DNA from: the human T2T-CHM13v2.0 reference genome, Homo sapiens
Assembly (NCBI RefSeq): GCF_009914755.1
Contig: NC_060948.1
Direction: 5' to 3' (one strand)
Length of the DNA stretch: 64,000 bases
Shown here: piece after piece, positions 24,990 through 39,195 of the stretch
Layout: the number at the start of each line of letters is the position of its first letter
Numbering within the stretch: position 1 is the stretch's first letter
Notes under the pieces: model-generated
Told to the model about the DNA's origin: nothing
Databases searched by the model: none
Seen by the model: the letters and a program-made list of their open reading frames with translations, nothing else
Made by a program: the position numbers and the translations under genes

Positions 24990-27900
24990 ATGGAATCGAA
25001 CCACAAGGAATGGACAGGAATAGAATGGTCTCGAATTGAATGGAATCGTATGGAATGGCATCAATCGGAATGGAATGGACAGCCACGGAATGGAATGCAC
25101 TCGAATGCAATGGAGTCGAAACTTATGGACTGGAATAGAATGGACTCGACTGGTACGGACTCCAATAGAATGGAATCGAATGGAAGGGATTCGAACGGAA
25201 TGGACTCGAAGGGAAAAGACTGCAATGGAAAGGTCTCGAATGGAATGGAAATTAATGGAATGGAATGGAATCGAATGAAATGGAGTCAAAAGGAATGGAA
25301 TCGAATGGCAAGAAATCGAATGTAATGGAATCGCAAGGAATTGATGTGAACGGAACGGAATGGAATGGAATCCAAAGGAATGGAATAGAATGGAATGGAA
25401 TCGAATGGAAAGGACTCGAATGGAAATCACTCGAATAGAATGAAATTTAATAAAATAGGATCAAATGTAATTGAATGGAATGGAAAGGAATCGAAACAAA
25501 AGGAATGGAGACAGATGGAATGGAATGGAACAGAGAGCAATGGTATAGAATGGAATGGAATCATCTGGAATGGAATTGAATGGAATGGAATAATATGAAA
25601 TGTAATGGAATGGAATGGAATGGAATGCCCTTGAATTAAATGGACTGGAATGGAATGGACTCGAACAGAGTGGAATGGAAAGTGTTGAGATAGAATGGAA
25701 TGGACTCCTTTGGAATGGTCTAGTATGCAATGCAATCGACTGGCCGGGAATCAAAAGGAATGTAATCGAATGGATTAGACTGGAATGCAATGGACTCGAA
25801 TAGATTGGAAACGGAATGCAAAGGAATGGAATGGAATAGTATGGAATGGAATGGAAAGGAATGGAGTGGAATAGACTAGAGTGGAATGGAATGGACTGGA
25901 AAGCAATGGACTGGAATGGAACTTTCTTGAATGGACTGGAATCAAACGGAATGGAATGCAATGCAATCAAATGGCATGGAATAAAATAGAATGAAAGAGA
26001 ATCAAATGGAATTGAATCGAATGGAATCGAATGGATTGGAAAGGAATAGAATGGAATGGAATGGAATTGACTCAAATGGAATGGACTAGAATGGAATGGA
26101 TTCGAATGGAAGGCAAAGGAATGGAATCTATTGGAATGGACTGTAATGGAATGGAATGGAAGGGATTGGAATGGACTCGAATGGAATGGACTGCAATAGA
26201 AAGGATTCGAATGGAATGAAAAAGAATTGAATGGAATAGAACAGAATGGAATCAAATCGAATGAAATGGAATGGAATAGAAAGGAATGGAATGAAATGGA
26301 ATGGAAAGGATTCGAATGGAATGCAATCGAATGGAATGGAATCGAACGGAATGGAATAAAATGGAAGAAAACTGGCAAGAAATGGAATCGAAATGAATGG
26401 AGTGTTATGGAACGGACTCAAAAGGAATTGAATGTAATAGAATGGAGTGGAGTGGACTCGAATATAATGGACTGGAATGGAATGAAATCACATGGAATGG
26501 GAACGAATGGAATGGAATGGAAAGGAATGGAATCGAATGGAAAGGAATCGAATGGAAGGGAATGAAATTGAATCAACAGGAATGGAAGGGAATAGAATAG
26601 ACGGTAATGGAATGGACTCGAATAGAATGGACACGAATGCTCAAATTGAATGGACTCGAATGGAATGGAAACGAAAGGAATGTCATCGAATGGAATTGAA
26701 TCGATTGGAATGAAATCGCATAGAATGGAGTGGAATCAAATGGAATTGAATCGAAAGGAAAGGAAGCGAATGGACTGAAATGAAATGGAATGGAATTGAA
26801 TGGAAAGTAATGCAATGGAATAGAATGGAACGAAATTTCACGGAATGGAATCAAACTGAATGGAATCAAATCAATGGAATCAAATCAAATGGCATGGAAA
26901 GGAATTGAATGGAGTAGATTGGATTGGATGGGATTGGAATGAAATGTACTGGAAAGGACTCGAATTTCATGAAACGGAATGGAATGAATTGGAACGGAAT
27001 GGACTCGAATGGAATGGAATGTCATGGAATGGCATCAAATGGAATGGCATCAAATGGAATGGAATCGAATGCAATGGAATGCTATGGAATGGAATGGAAT
27101 GCATTGGAATGGAATGTCCTCTAATGGAATGGATTCGAGTGGAATGGAATCGAATATAATGGAGTCGAATGAAATGGAATTGAAAGGAATGGGATCGAAT
27201 ACAATGGAATATACTGGAATGTAATGTAATGAACTCGAATGTAATTGACTGGAATGGAATGTACATGAATGGAATGTAATCGAATGGAAAGTAATCCAAT
27301 GGAATAGAATCTAATGCAATAAAATCGACTCAGATAGAGTAGAATGTAATGGAATGGAGTGCAGTGCAATGGAATGGAATGGAATGGAATGCAATGGAAT
27401 GGAATGGAATGGAATGGGATGGAATGGTATGGAATGGATAGTAATGGACTGGAATGAAATGGACTGGAAAAGAATGGACTCAAATTGAAAGGGCTCGAAA
27501 GGAATGGAGTCAAATGGAATGGTCTGGAATGGAATGAACACGAATGTAATGCAATCCAATAGAATGGAATCGAATGGCAAGGAATATAAAGAAATGGAAT
27601 CGAAGAGAATGGAAACAAATGGAATGGAATTGAATGGAATGGAATTGAATGGAATGGGAACGAATGGAGTGAAATTGTATGCAGTAGAAGAGAATAGAAT
27701 GGAATGCAAGCGAAAGGAAAGGAATGGATTGCAATGGAATGGAATTCATTGGAATGGAAGGGAATGTAGTGTAATGGACAGGCCTGGAATAAAGTGGAAT
27801 GCTACGGTCTCGAATGGAATAAAAATGTATGGAATGGAATGCAATGAAACGGAATCGAATGTCATAGAATGTAATGGAATGCAACAAAATGGAATCCAAA

Positions 27901-28533
27901 ATCATTGACTGGAAAGGCTGGGTGTCGAAAGGAATTGACTCCAATGGAATGGAATCGAATGGAATGGAAGTGAATAGAATCGAACTAAATCGAATGGAAT
28001 GGAATTGATAGGAACGGAATGGAAAGGAATGCAATGATTTGGCATGGAATGGAATCGAATGGCATCGAATGGAATGGAATGGAATGCAATGGAATGGTAT
28101 GTATTAGAATGTAATGAACATTAATGGAATGTACTCGAATGGATTCGACTGGAATGGAATGTTCTGGAAGTGAATGGACTCCAATGGAATGGATTCGAAA
28201 GGAATGGAATCGAACGGAATGGAATCTAATGGAATGGAATTAAATGGAAATGAATCAAATTGAATAGCACGGGATTGAATTGAATGGAATCGAATGCAAT
28301 GGAATCTAATGAAACGGAAAGGAAAGGAATGGAATGGAATGGAATGGGCTGGAATGGAAAGGAATCGAAACGAATGGAATGGAATCGAACTGAAGAGACT
28401 GGAATGGAATGCACTGGAATGGAAGGGAGTGTAATGGAAGGTTCTCGAAAATAATGGAAGCAAATGGAATGGAATTGAATGGAACGGAATAGAGTCGAAT
28501 GGAATTGAATGGAATGGAATGGACTAGAGTGAA
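24990..28533 (+). repeat. DYZ1 unit U8 (3544 bp)
   Basis: Landmark spacing; tract n=4; extra GGCC at 25742. Confidence 0.93.
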
Positions 28534-31500
28534 ATGGAATCGAACCACAAGGAATGGACAGGAATAGAATGGTCTCGAATTGAATGGAATCGTATGGAAT
28601 GGCATCAAACGGAATGGAATGGACAGCCACGGAATGGAATGCACTCGAATGCAATGGAGTCGAAACTTATGGACTGGAATAGAATGGACTCGACTGGTAC
28701 GGACTCCAATGGAATGGAATCGAATGGAAGGGATTCGAACGGAATGGACTCGAAGGGAAAAGACTGCAATGGAAAGGTCTCGAATGGAATGGAAATTAAT
28801 GGAATGGAATGGAATCGAATGAAATGGAGTCAAAAGGAATGGAATCGAATGGCAAGAAATCGAATGTAATGGAATCGCAAGGAATTGATGTGAACGGAAC
28901 GGAATGGAATGGAATCCAAAGGAATGGAATAGAATGGAATGGAATCGAATGGAAAGGACTCGAATGGAAATCACTCGAATAGAATGCAATTTAATAAAAT
29001 AGGATCAAATGTAATTGAATGGAATGGAAAGGAATCGAAACGAAAGGAATGGAGACAGATGGAATGGAATGGAACAGAGAGCAATGGTATAGAATGGAAT
29101 GGAATCATCTGGAATGGAATTGAATGGAATGGAATAATATGAAATGGAATGGAATGGAATGGAATGGAATGCCCTTGAATTAAATGGACTGGAATGGAAT
29201 GGACTCGAACAGAGTGGAATGGAAAGTGTTGAGATAGAATGGAATGGACTCTTTTGGAATGGTCTAGTATGCAATGCAATCGACTGGCAGGGAATCAAAA
29301 GGAATGTAATCGAATGGATTAGACTGGAATGCAATGGACTCGAATAGATTGGAAACGGAATGCAAAGGAATGGAATGGAATAGTATGGAATGGAATGGAA
29401 AGGAATGGAGTGGAATAGACTAGAGTGGAATGGAATGGACTGGAAAGCAATGGACTGGAATGGAACTTTCTTGAATGGACTGGAATCAAACGGAATGGAA
29501 TGCAATGCAATCAAATGGCATGGAATAAAATAGAATGAAAGAGAATCAAATGGAATTGAATCGAATGGAATCGAATGGATTGGAAAGGAATAGAATGGAA
29601 TGGAATGGAATTGACTCAAATGGAATGGACTAGAATGGAATGGATTCGAATGGAAGGCAAAGGAATGGAATCTATTGGAATGGACAGTAATGGAATGGAA
29701 TGGAAGGGATTGGAATGGACTCGAATGGAATGGACTGCAATAGAAAGGATTCGAATGGAATGAAAAAGAATTGAATGGAATAGAACAGAATGGAATCAAA
29801 TCGAATGAAATGGAATGGAATAGAAAGGAATGGAATGAAATGGAATGGAAAGGATTCGAATGGAATGCAATCGAATGGAATGGAATCGAACGGAATGGAA
29901 TAAAATGGAAGAAAACTGGCAAGAAATGGAATCGAAATGAATGGAGTGTTATGGAACGGACTCAAAAGGAATTGAATGTAATAGAATGGAGTGGAGTGGA
30001 CTCGAATATAATGGACTGGAATGGAATGAAATCACATGGAATGGGAACGAATGGAATGGAATGGAAAGGAATGGAATCGAATGGAAAGGAATCGAATGGA
30101 AGGGAATGAAATTGAATCAACAGGAATGGAAGGGAATAGAATAGACGGTAATGGAATGGACTCGAATAGAATGGACACGAATGCTCAAATTGAATGGACT
30201 CGAATGGAATGGAAACAAAAGGAATGTCATCGAATGGAATTGAATCGATTGGAATGAAATCGCATAGAATGGAGTGGAATCAAATGGAATTGAATCGAAA
30301 GGAAAGGAAGCGAATGGACTGAAATGAAATGGAATGGAATTGAATGGAAAGTAATGCAATGGAATAGAATGGAACGAAATTTCACGGAATGGAATCAAAC
30401 TGAATGGAATCAAATCAATGGAATCAAATCAAATGGAATGGAAAGGAATTGAATGGAGTAGATTGGATTGGATGGGATTGGAATGAAATGTACTGGAAAG
30501 GACTCGAATTTCATGAAACGGAATGGAATGAATTGGAACGGAATGGACTCGAATGGAATGGAATGTCATGGAATGGCATCAAATGGAATGGCATCAAATG
30601 GAATGGAATCGAATGCAATGGAATGCTATGGAATGGAATGGAATGCATTGGAATGGAATGTCCTCTAATGGAATGGATTCGAGTGGAATGGAATCGAATA
30701 TAATGGAGTCGAATGAAATGGAATTGAAAGGAATGGGATCGAATACAATGGAATATACTGGAATGTAATGTAATGAACTCGAATGTAATTGACTGGAATG
30801 GAATGTACATGAATGGAATGTAATCGAATGGAAAGTAATCCAATGGAATAGAATCTAATGCAATAAAATCGACTCAGATAGAGTAGAATGTAATGGAATG
30901 GAGTGCAGTGCAATGGAATGGAATGGAATGGAATGCAATGGAATGGAATGGAATGGAATGGAATGGAATGGAATGGAATGGGATGGAATGGTATGGAATG
31001 GATAGTAATGGACTGGAGTGAAATGGACTGGAAAGGAATGGACTCAAATTGAAAGGGCTCGAAAGGAATGGAGTCAAATGGAATGGTCTGGAATGGAATG
31101 AACACGAATGTAATGCAATCCAATAGAATGGAATCGAATGGCATGGAATATAAAGAAATGGAATCGACGAGAATGGAAACAAATGGAATGGAATTGAATG
31201 GAATGGAATTGAATGGAATGGGAACGAATGGAGTGAAATTGTATGCAGTAGAAGAGAATAGAATGGAATGCAAGCGAAAGGAAAGGAATGGATTGCAATG
31301 GAATGGAATTCATTGGAATGGAAGGGAATGTAGTGTAATGGACAGGCCTGGAATAAAGTGGAATGTTACGGTCTCGAATGGAATAAAAATGTATGGAATG
31401 GAATGCAATGAAACGGAATCGAATGTCATAGAATGTAATGGAATGCAAAAAAATGGAATCCAAAATCATTGACTGGAAAGGCTGGGTGTCGAAAGGAATT

Positions 31501-32097
31501 GACTCCAATGGAATGGAATCGAATGGAATGGAAGTGAATAGAATCGAACTAAATCGAATGGAATGGAATTGATAGGAACGGAATGGAAAGGAATGCAATG
31601 ATTTGGCATGGAATGGAATCGAATGGCATCGAATGGAATGGAATGGAATGCAATGGAATGGAATGTATTAGAATGTAATGAACATTAATGGAATGTACTC
31701 GAATGGATTCGACTGGAATGGAATGATCTGGAAGTGAATGGACTCCAATGGAATGGATTCGAAAGGAATGGAATCGAACGGAATGGAATCTAATGGAATG
31801 GAATTAAATGGAAATGAATCAAATTGAATAGCACGGAATTGAATTGAATGGAATCGAATGCAATGGAATCTAATGAAACGGACAGGAAAGGAATGGAATG
31901 GAATGGAATGGGCTGGAATGGAAAGGAATCGAAACGAATGGAATGGAATCGAACTGAAGAGACTGGAATGGAATGCACTGGAATGGAAGGGAGTGTAATG
32001 GAAGGTTCTCGAAAATAATGGAAGCAAATGGAATGGAATTGAATGGAACGGAATAGAGTCGAATGGAATTGAATGGAATGGAATGGACTAGAGTGAA
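28534..32097 (+). repeat. DYZ1 unit U9 (3564 bp)
   Basis: Landmark spacing equals the classical 3564-bp DYZ1 length; tract n=8. Confidence 0.93.
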
Positions 32098-35000
32098 ATG
32101 GAATCGAACCACAAGGAATGGACAGGAATAGAATGGTCTCGAATTGAATGGAATCGTATGGAATGGCATCAAACGGAATGGAATGGACAGCCACGGAATG
32201 GAATGCACTCGAATGCAATGGAGTCGAAACTTATGGACTGGAATAGAATGGACTCGACTGGTACGGACTCCAATGGAATGGAATCGAATGGAAGGGATTC
32301 GAACGGAATGGACTCGAAGGGAAAAGACTGCAATGGAAAGGTCTCGAATGGAATGGAAATTAATGGAATGGAATGGAATCGAATGAAATGGAGTCAAAAG
32401 GAATGGAATCGAATGGCAAGAAATCAAATGTAATGGAATCGCAAGGAATTGATGTGAACGGAACGGAATGGAATGGAATCCAAAGGAATGGAATAGAATG
32501 GAATGGAATCGAATGGAAAGGACTCGAATGGAAATCACTCGAATGGAATGAAATTTAATAAAATAGGATCAAATGTAATTGAATGGAATGGAAAGGAATC
32601 GAAACGAAAGGAATGGAGACAGATGGAATGGAATGGAACAGAGAGCAATGGTATAGAATGGAATGGAATCATCTGGAATGGAATTGAATGGAATGGAATA
32701 ATATGAAATGGAATGGAATGGAATGGAATGGAATGCCCTTGAATTAAATGGACTGGAATGGAATGGACTCGAACAGAGTGGAATGGAAAGTGTTGAGATA
32801 GAATGGAATGGACTCTTTTAGAATGGTCTAGTATGCAATGCAATCGACTGGCAGGGAATCAAAAGGAATGTAATCGAATGGATTGGACTGGAATGCAATG
32901 GACTCGAATAGATTGGAAACGGAATGCAAAGGAATGGAATGGAATAGTATGGAATGGAATGGAAAGGAATGGAGTGGAATAGACTAGAGTGGAATGGAAT
33001 GGACTGGAAAGCAATGGACTGGAATGGAACTTTCTTGAATGGACTGGAATCAAACGGAATGGAATGCAATGCAATCAAAAGGCATGGAATAAAATAGAAT
33101 GAAAGAGAATCAAATGGAATTGAATCGAATGGAATCGAATGGATTGGAAAGGAATAGAATGGAATGGAATGGAATTGACTCAAATGGAATGGACTAGAAT
33201 GGAATGGATTCGAATGGAAGGCAAAGGAATGGAATCTATTGGAATGGACAGTAATGGAATGGAATGGAAGGGATTGGAATGGACTCGAATGGAATGGACT
33301 GCAATAGAAAGGATTCGAATGGAATGAAAAAGAATTGAATGGAATAGAACAGAATGGAATCAAATCGAATGAAATGGAATGGAATAGAAAGGAATGGAAT
33401 GAAATGGAATGGAAAGGATTCGAATGGAATGCAATCGAATGGAATGGAATCGAACGGAATGGAATAAAATGGAAGAAAACTGGCAAGAAATGGAATCGAA
33501 ATGAATGGAGTGTTATGGAACGGACTCAAAAGGAATTGAATGTAATAGAATGGAGTGGAGTGGACTCGAATATAATGAACTGGAATGGAATGAAATCACA
33601 TGGAATGGGAACGAATGGAATGGAATGGAAAGGAATGGAATCGAATGGAAAGGAATCGAATGGAAGGGAATGAAATTGGATCAACAGGAATGGAAGGGAA
33701 TAGAATAGACGGTAATGGAATGGACTCGAATAGAATGGACACGAATGCTCAAATTGAATGGACTCGAATGGAATGGAAACAAAAGGAATGTCATCGAATG
33801 GAATTGAATCGATTGGAATGAAATCGCATAGAATGGAGTGGAATCAAATGGAATTGAATCGAAAGGAAAGGAAGCGAATGGACTGAAATGAAATGGAATG
33901 GAATTGAATGGAAAGTAATGTAATGGAATAGAATGGAACGAAATTTCACGGAATGGAATCAAACTGAATGGAATCAAATCAATGGAATCAAATCAAATGG
34001 AATGGAAAGGAATTGAATGGAGTAGATTGGATTGGATGGGATTGGAATGAAATGTACTGGAAAGGACTCGAATTTCATGAAACGGAATGGAATGAATTGG
34101 AACGGAATGGACTCGAATGGAATGGAATGTCATGGAATGGCATCAAATGGAATGGAATCGAATGCAATGGAATGCTATGGAATGGAATGGAATGCATTGG
34201 AATGGAATGTCCTCTAATGGAATGGATTCGAGTGGAATGGAATCGAATATAATGGAGTCGAATGAAATGGAATTGAAAGGAATGGGATCGAATACAATGG
34301 AATATACTGGAATGTAATGTAATGAACTCGAATGTAATTGACTGGAATGGAATGTACATGAATGGAATGTAATCGAATGGAAAGTAATCCAACGGAATAG
34401 AATCTAATGCAATAAAATCGACTCAGATAGAGTAGAATGTAATGGAATGGAGTGCAGTGCAATGGAATGGAATGGAATGGAATGCAATGGAATGGAATGG
34501 AATGGAATGGGATGGAATGGTATGGAATGGATAGTAATGGACTGGAATGAAATGGACTGGAAAAGAATGGACTCAAATTGAAAGGGCTCGAAAGGAATGG
34601 AGTCAAATGGAATGGTCTGGAATGGAATGAACACGAATGTAATGCAATCCAATAGAATGGAATCGAATGGCATGGAATATAAAGAAATGGAATCAAAGAG
34701 AATGGAAACAAATGGAATGGAATTGAATGGAATGGAATTGAATGGAATGGGAACGAATGGAGTGAAATTGTATGCAGTAGAAGAGAATAGAATGGAATGC
34801 AAGCGAAAGGAAAGGAATGGATTGCAATGGAATGGAATTCATTGGAATGGAAGGGAATGTAGTGTAATGGACAGGCCTGGAATAAAGTGGAATGCTACGG
34901 TCTCGAATGGAATAAAAATGTATGGAATGGAATGCAATGAAATGGAATCGAATGTCATAGAATGTAATGGAATGCAACAAAATGGAATCCAATATCATTG

Positions 35001-35626
35001 ACTGGAAAGGCTGGGTGTCGAAAGGAATTGACTCCAATGGAATGGAATCGAATGGAATGGAAGTGAATAGAATCGAACTAAATCGAATGGAATGGAATTG
35101 ATAGGAACGGAATGGAAAGGAATGCAATGATTTGGCATGGAATGGAATCGAATGGCATCGAATGGAATGGAATGGAATGCAATGGAATGGAATGTATTAG
35201 AATGTAATGAACTTTAATGGAATGTACTCGAATGGATTCGACTGGAATGGAATGTTCTGGAAGTGAATGGACTCCAATGGAATGGATTCAAAAGGAATGG
35301 AATCGTACGGAATGGAATCTAATGGAATGGAATTAAATGGAAATGAATCAAATTGAATAGCACGGAATTGAATTGAATGGAATGGAATGCAATGGAATCT
35401 AATGAAACGGAAAGGAAAGGAATGGAATGGAATGGAATGGGCTGGAATGGAAAGGAATCGAAACGAATGGAATGGAATCGAACTGAAGAGACTGGAATGG
35501 AATGCACTGGAATGGAAGGGAGTGTAATGGAAGGTTCTCGAAAAAAATGGAATCGAATGGAATGGAATTGAATGGAACGGAATAGAGTCGAATGGAATTG
35601 AATGGAATGGAATGGACTAGAGTGAA
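32098..35626 (+). repeat. DYZ1 unit U10 (3529 bp), chimeric, shortest unit
   Basis: Tract n=4 plus loss of one GGCATCAAATGGAAT copy at ~34139-34153. Confidence 0.93.
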
Positions 35627-38600
35627 ATGGAATCGAACCACAAGGAATGGAGAGGAATAGAATGGTCTCGAATTGAATGGAATCGTATGGAATGGCATCA
35701 AACGGAATGGAATGGACAGCCACGGAATGGAATGCACTCGAATGCAATGGAGTCGAAACTAATGGACTGGAATAGAATGGACTCGACTGGTACGGACTCC
35801 AATGGAATGGAATCGAATGGAAGGGAATCGAACGGAATGGACTCGAAGGGAAAAGACTGCAATGGAAAGGTCTCGAATGGAATGGAAATTAATGGAATGG
35901 AATGGAATCGAATGAAATGGAGTCAAAAGGAATGGAATCGAATGGCAAGAAATCGAATGTAATGGAATCGCAAGGAATTGATGTGAACGGAACGGAATGG
36001 AATGGAATCCAAAGGAATGGAATAGAATGGAATGGAATCGAATGGAAAGGACTCGAATGGAAATCACTCGAATAGAATGCAATTTAATAAAATAGGATCA
36101 AATGTAATGGAATGGAATGGAAAGGAATCGAAACGAAAGGAATGGAGACAGATGGATTGGAATAGAACAGAGAGCAATGGTATAGAATGGAATGGAATCA
36201 TCTGGAATGGAATTGAATGGAATGGAATAATATGAAATGGAATGGAATGGAATGGAATGGAATGCCCTTGAATTAAATGGACTGGAATGGAATGGACTCG
36301 AACAGAGTGGAATGGAAAGTGTTGAGATAGAATGGAATGGACTCCTTTGGAATGGTGTAGTATGCAATGCAATCGACTGGCAGGGAATCAAAAGGAATGT
36401 AATCGAATGGATTGGACTGGAATGCAATGGACTCGAATAGATTGCAAACGGGATGCAAAGGAATGGAATGGAATAGTATGGAATGGAATGGAAAGGAATG
36501 GAGTGGAATAGACTAGAGTGGAATGGAATGGACTGGAAAGCAATGGACTGGAATGGAACTTTCTTGAATGGACTGGAATCAAACGGAATGGAATGCAATG
36601 CAATCAAATGGCATGGAATAAAATAGAATGAAAGAGAATCAAATGGAATTGAATCGAATGGAATCGAATGGATTGGAAAGGAATAGAATGGAATGGAATG
36701 GAATGGACTCAAATGGAATGGACTAGAATGGAATGGATTCGAATGGAAGGCAAAGGAATGGAATCTATTGGAATGGACTGTAATGGAATGGAATGGAAGG
36801 GATTGGAATGGACTCAAATAGAATGGACTGCAATAGAAAGGATTCGAATGGAATGAAAAAGAATTGAATGGAATAGAACAGAATGGAATCAAATCGAATG
36901 AAATGGAATGGAATAGAAAGGAATGGAATGAAATGGAATGGAAAGGATTCGAATGGAATGCAATCGAATGGAATGGAATCGAACGGAATGGAATAAAATG
37001 GAAGAAAACTGGCAAGAAATGGAATCGAAATGAATGGAGTGTTATGGAACGGACTCAAAAGGAATTGAATGTAATAGAATGGAGTGGAGTGGACTCGAAT
37101 ATAATGGACTGGAATGGAATGAAATCACATGGAATGGGAACGAATGGAATGGAATGGAAAGGAATGGAATCGAATGGAAAGGAATCGAATGGAAGGGAAT
37201 GAAATTGAATCAACAGGAATGGAAGGGAATAGAATAGACGGTAATGGAATGGACTCGAATAGAATGGACACGAATGCTCAAATTGAATGGACTCGAATGG
37301 AATGGAAACGAAAGGAATGTCATCGAATGGAATTGAATCGATTGGAATGAAATCGCATAGAATGGAGTGGAATCAAATGGAATTGAATCGAAAGGAAAGG
37401 AAGCGAATGGACTGAAATGAAATGGAATGGAATTGAATGGAAAGTAATGCAATGGAATAGAATGGAACGAAATTTCACGGAATGGAATCAAACTGAATGG
37501 AATCAAATCAATGGAATCTAATCAAATGGAATGGAAAGGAATTGAATGGAGTAGATTGGATTGGATGGGATTGGAATGAAATGTACTGGAAAGGACTCGA
37601 ATTTCATGAAACGGAATGGAATGAATTGGAACGGAAGGGACTCGAATGGAATGGAATGTCATGGAATGGCATCAAATGGAATGGCATCAAATGGAATGGA
37701 ATCGAATGCAATGGAATGGTATGGAATGGAATGGAATGCATTGGAATGGAATGTCCTCTAATGGAATGGATTCGAGTGGAATGGAATCGAATATAATGGA
37801 GTCGAATGAAATGGAATTGAAAGGAATGGGATCGAATACAATGGAATATACTGGAATGTAATGTAATGAACTCGAATGTAATTGACTGGAATGGAATGTA
37901 CATGAATGGAATGTAATCGAATGGAAAGTAATCCAATGGAATAGAATCTAATGCAATAAAATCGACTCAGATAGAGTAGCATGTAATGGAATGGAGTGCA
38001 GTGCAATGGAATGGAATGGAATGGAATGCAATGGAATGGAATGGAATGGAATGGAATGGAATGGAATGGGATAATATGGGATGGAATGGTATGGAATGGA
38101 TAGTAATGGACTGGAGTGAAATGGACTGGAAAGGAATGGACTCAAATTGAAAGGGCTCGAAAGGAATGGAGTCAAATGGAATGGTCTGGAATGGAATGAA
38201 CACGAATGTAATGCAATCCAATAGAATGGAATCGAATGGCATGGAATATAAAGAAATGGAATCGGAGAGAATGGAAACAAATGGAATGGAATTTAATGGA
38301 ATGGAATTGAATGGAATGGGAACGAATGGAGTGAAATTGTATGCAGTAGAAGGGAATAGAATGGAATGCAAGCAAAAGGAAAGGAATGGATTGGAATGGA
38401 ATGGAATTCATTGGAATGGAAGGGAATGTAGTGTAATGGACAGGCCTGGAATAAAGTGGAATGCTACGGTCTCGAATGGAATAAAAATGTATGGAATGGA
38501 ATGCAATGAAATGGAATCGAATGTCATAGAATGTAATGGAATGCAACAAAATGGAATCCAATATCATTGACTGGAAAGGCTGGGTGTCGAAAGGAATTGA

Positions 38601-39195
38601 CTCCAATGGAATGGAATCGAATGGAATGGAAGTGAATAGAATCGAACTAAATCGAATGGAATGGAATTGATAGGAACGGAATGGAAAGGAATGCAATGAT
38701 TTGGCATGGAATGGAATCGAATGGCATCGAATGGAATGGAATGGAATGCAATGGAATGGAATGTATTAGAATGTAATGAACTTTAATGGAATGTACTCGA
38801 ATGGATTCGACTGGAATGGAATGTTCTGGAAGTGAATGGACTCCAATGGAATGGATTCAAAAGGAATGGAATCGTACGGAATGGAATCTAATGGAATGGA
38901 ATTAAATGGAAATGAATCAAATTGAATAGCACGGAATTGAATTGAATGGAATGGAATGCAATGGAATCTAATGAAACGGAAAGGAAAGGAATGGAATGGA
39001 ATGGAATGGGCTGGAATGGAAAGGAATCGAAACGAATGGAATGGAATCGAACTGAAGAGACTGGAATGGAATGCACTGGAATGGAAGGGAGTGTAATGGA
39101 AGGTTCTCGAAAAAAATGGAATCGAATGGAATGGAATTGAATGGAACGGAATAGAGTCGAATGGAATTGAATGGAATGGAATGGACTAGAGTGAA
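35627..39195 (+). repeat. DYZ1 unit U11 (3569 bp), dimer monomer A
   Basis: TGGAGAGG, GATGGATTGGAATAGAAC, GAGTAGCATG and AGCAAAAGG markers shared with U13. Confidence 0.93.
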
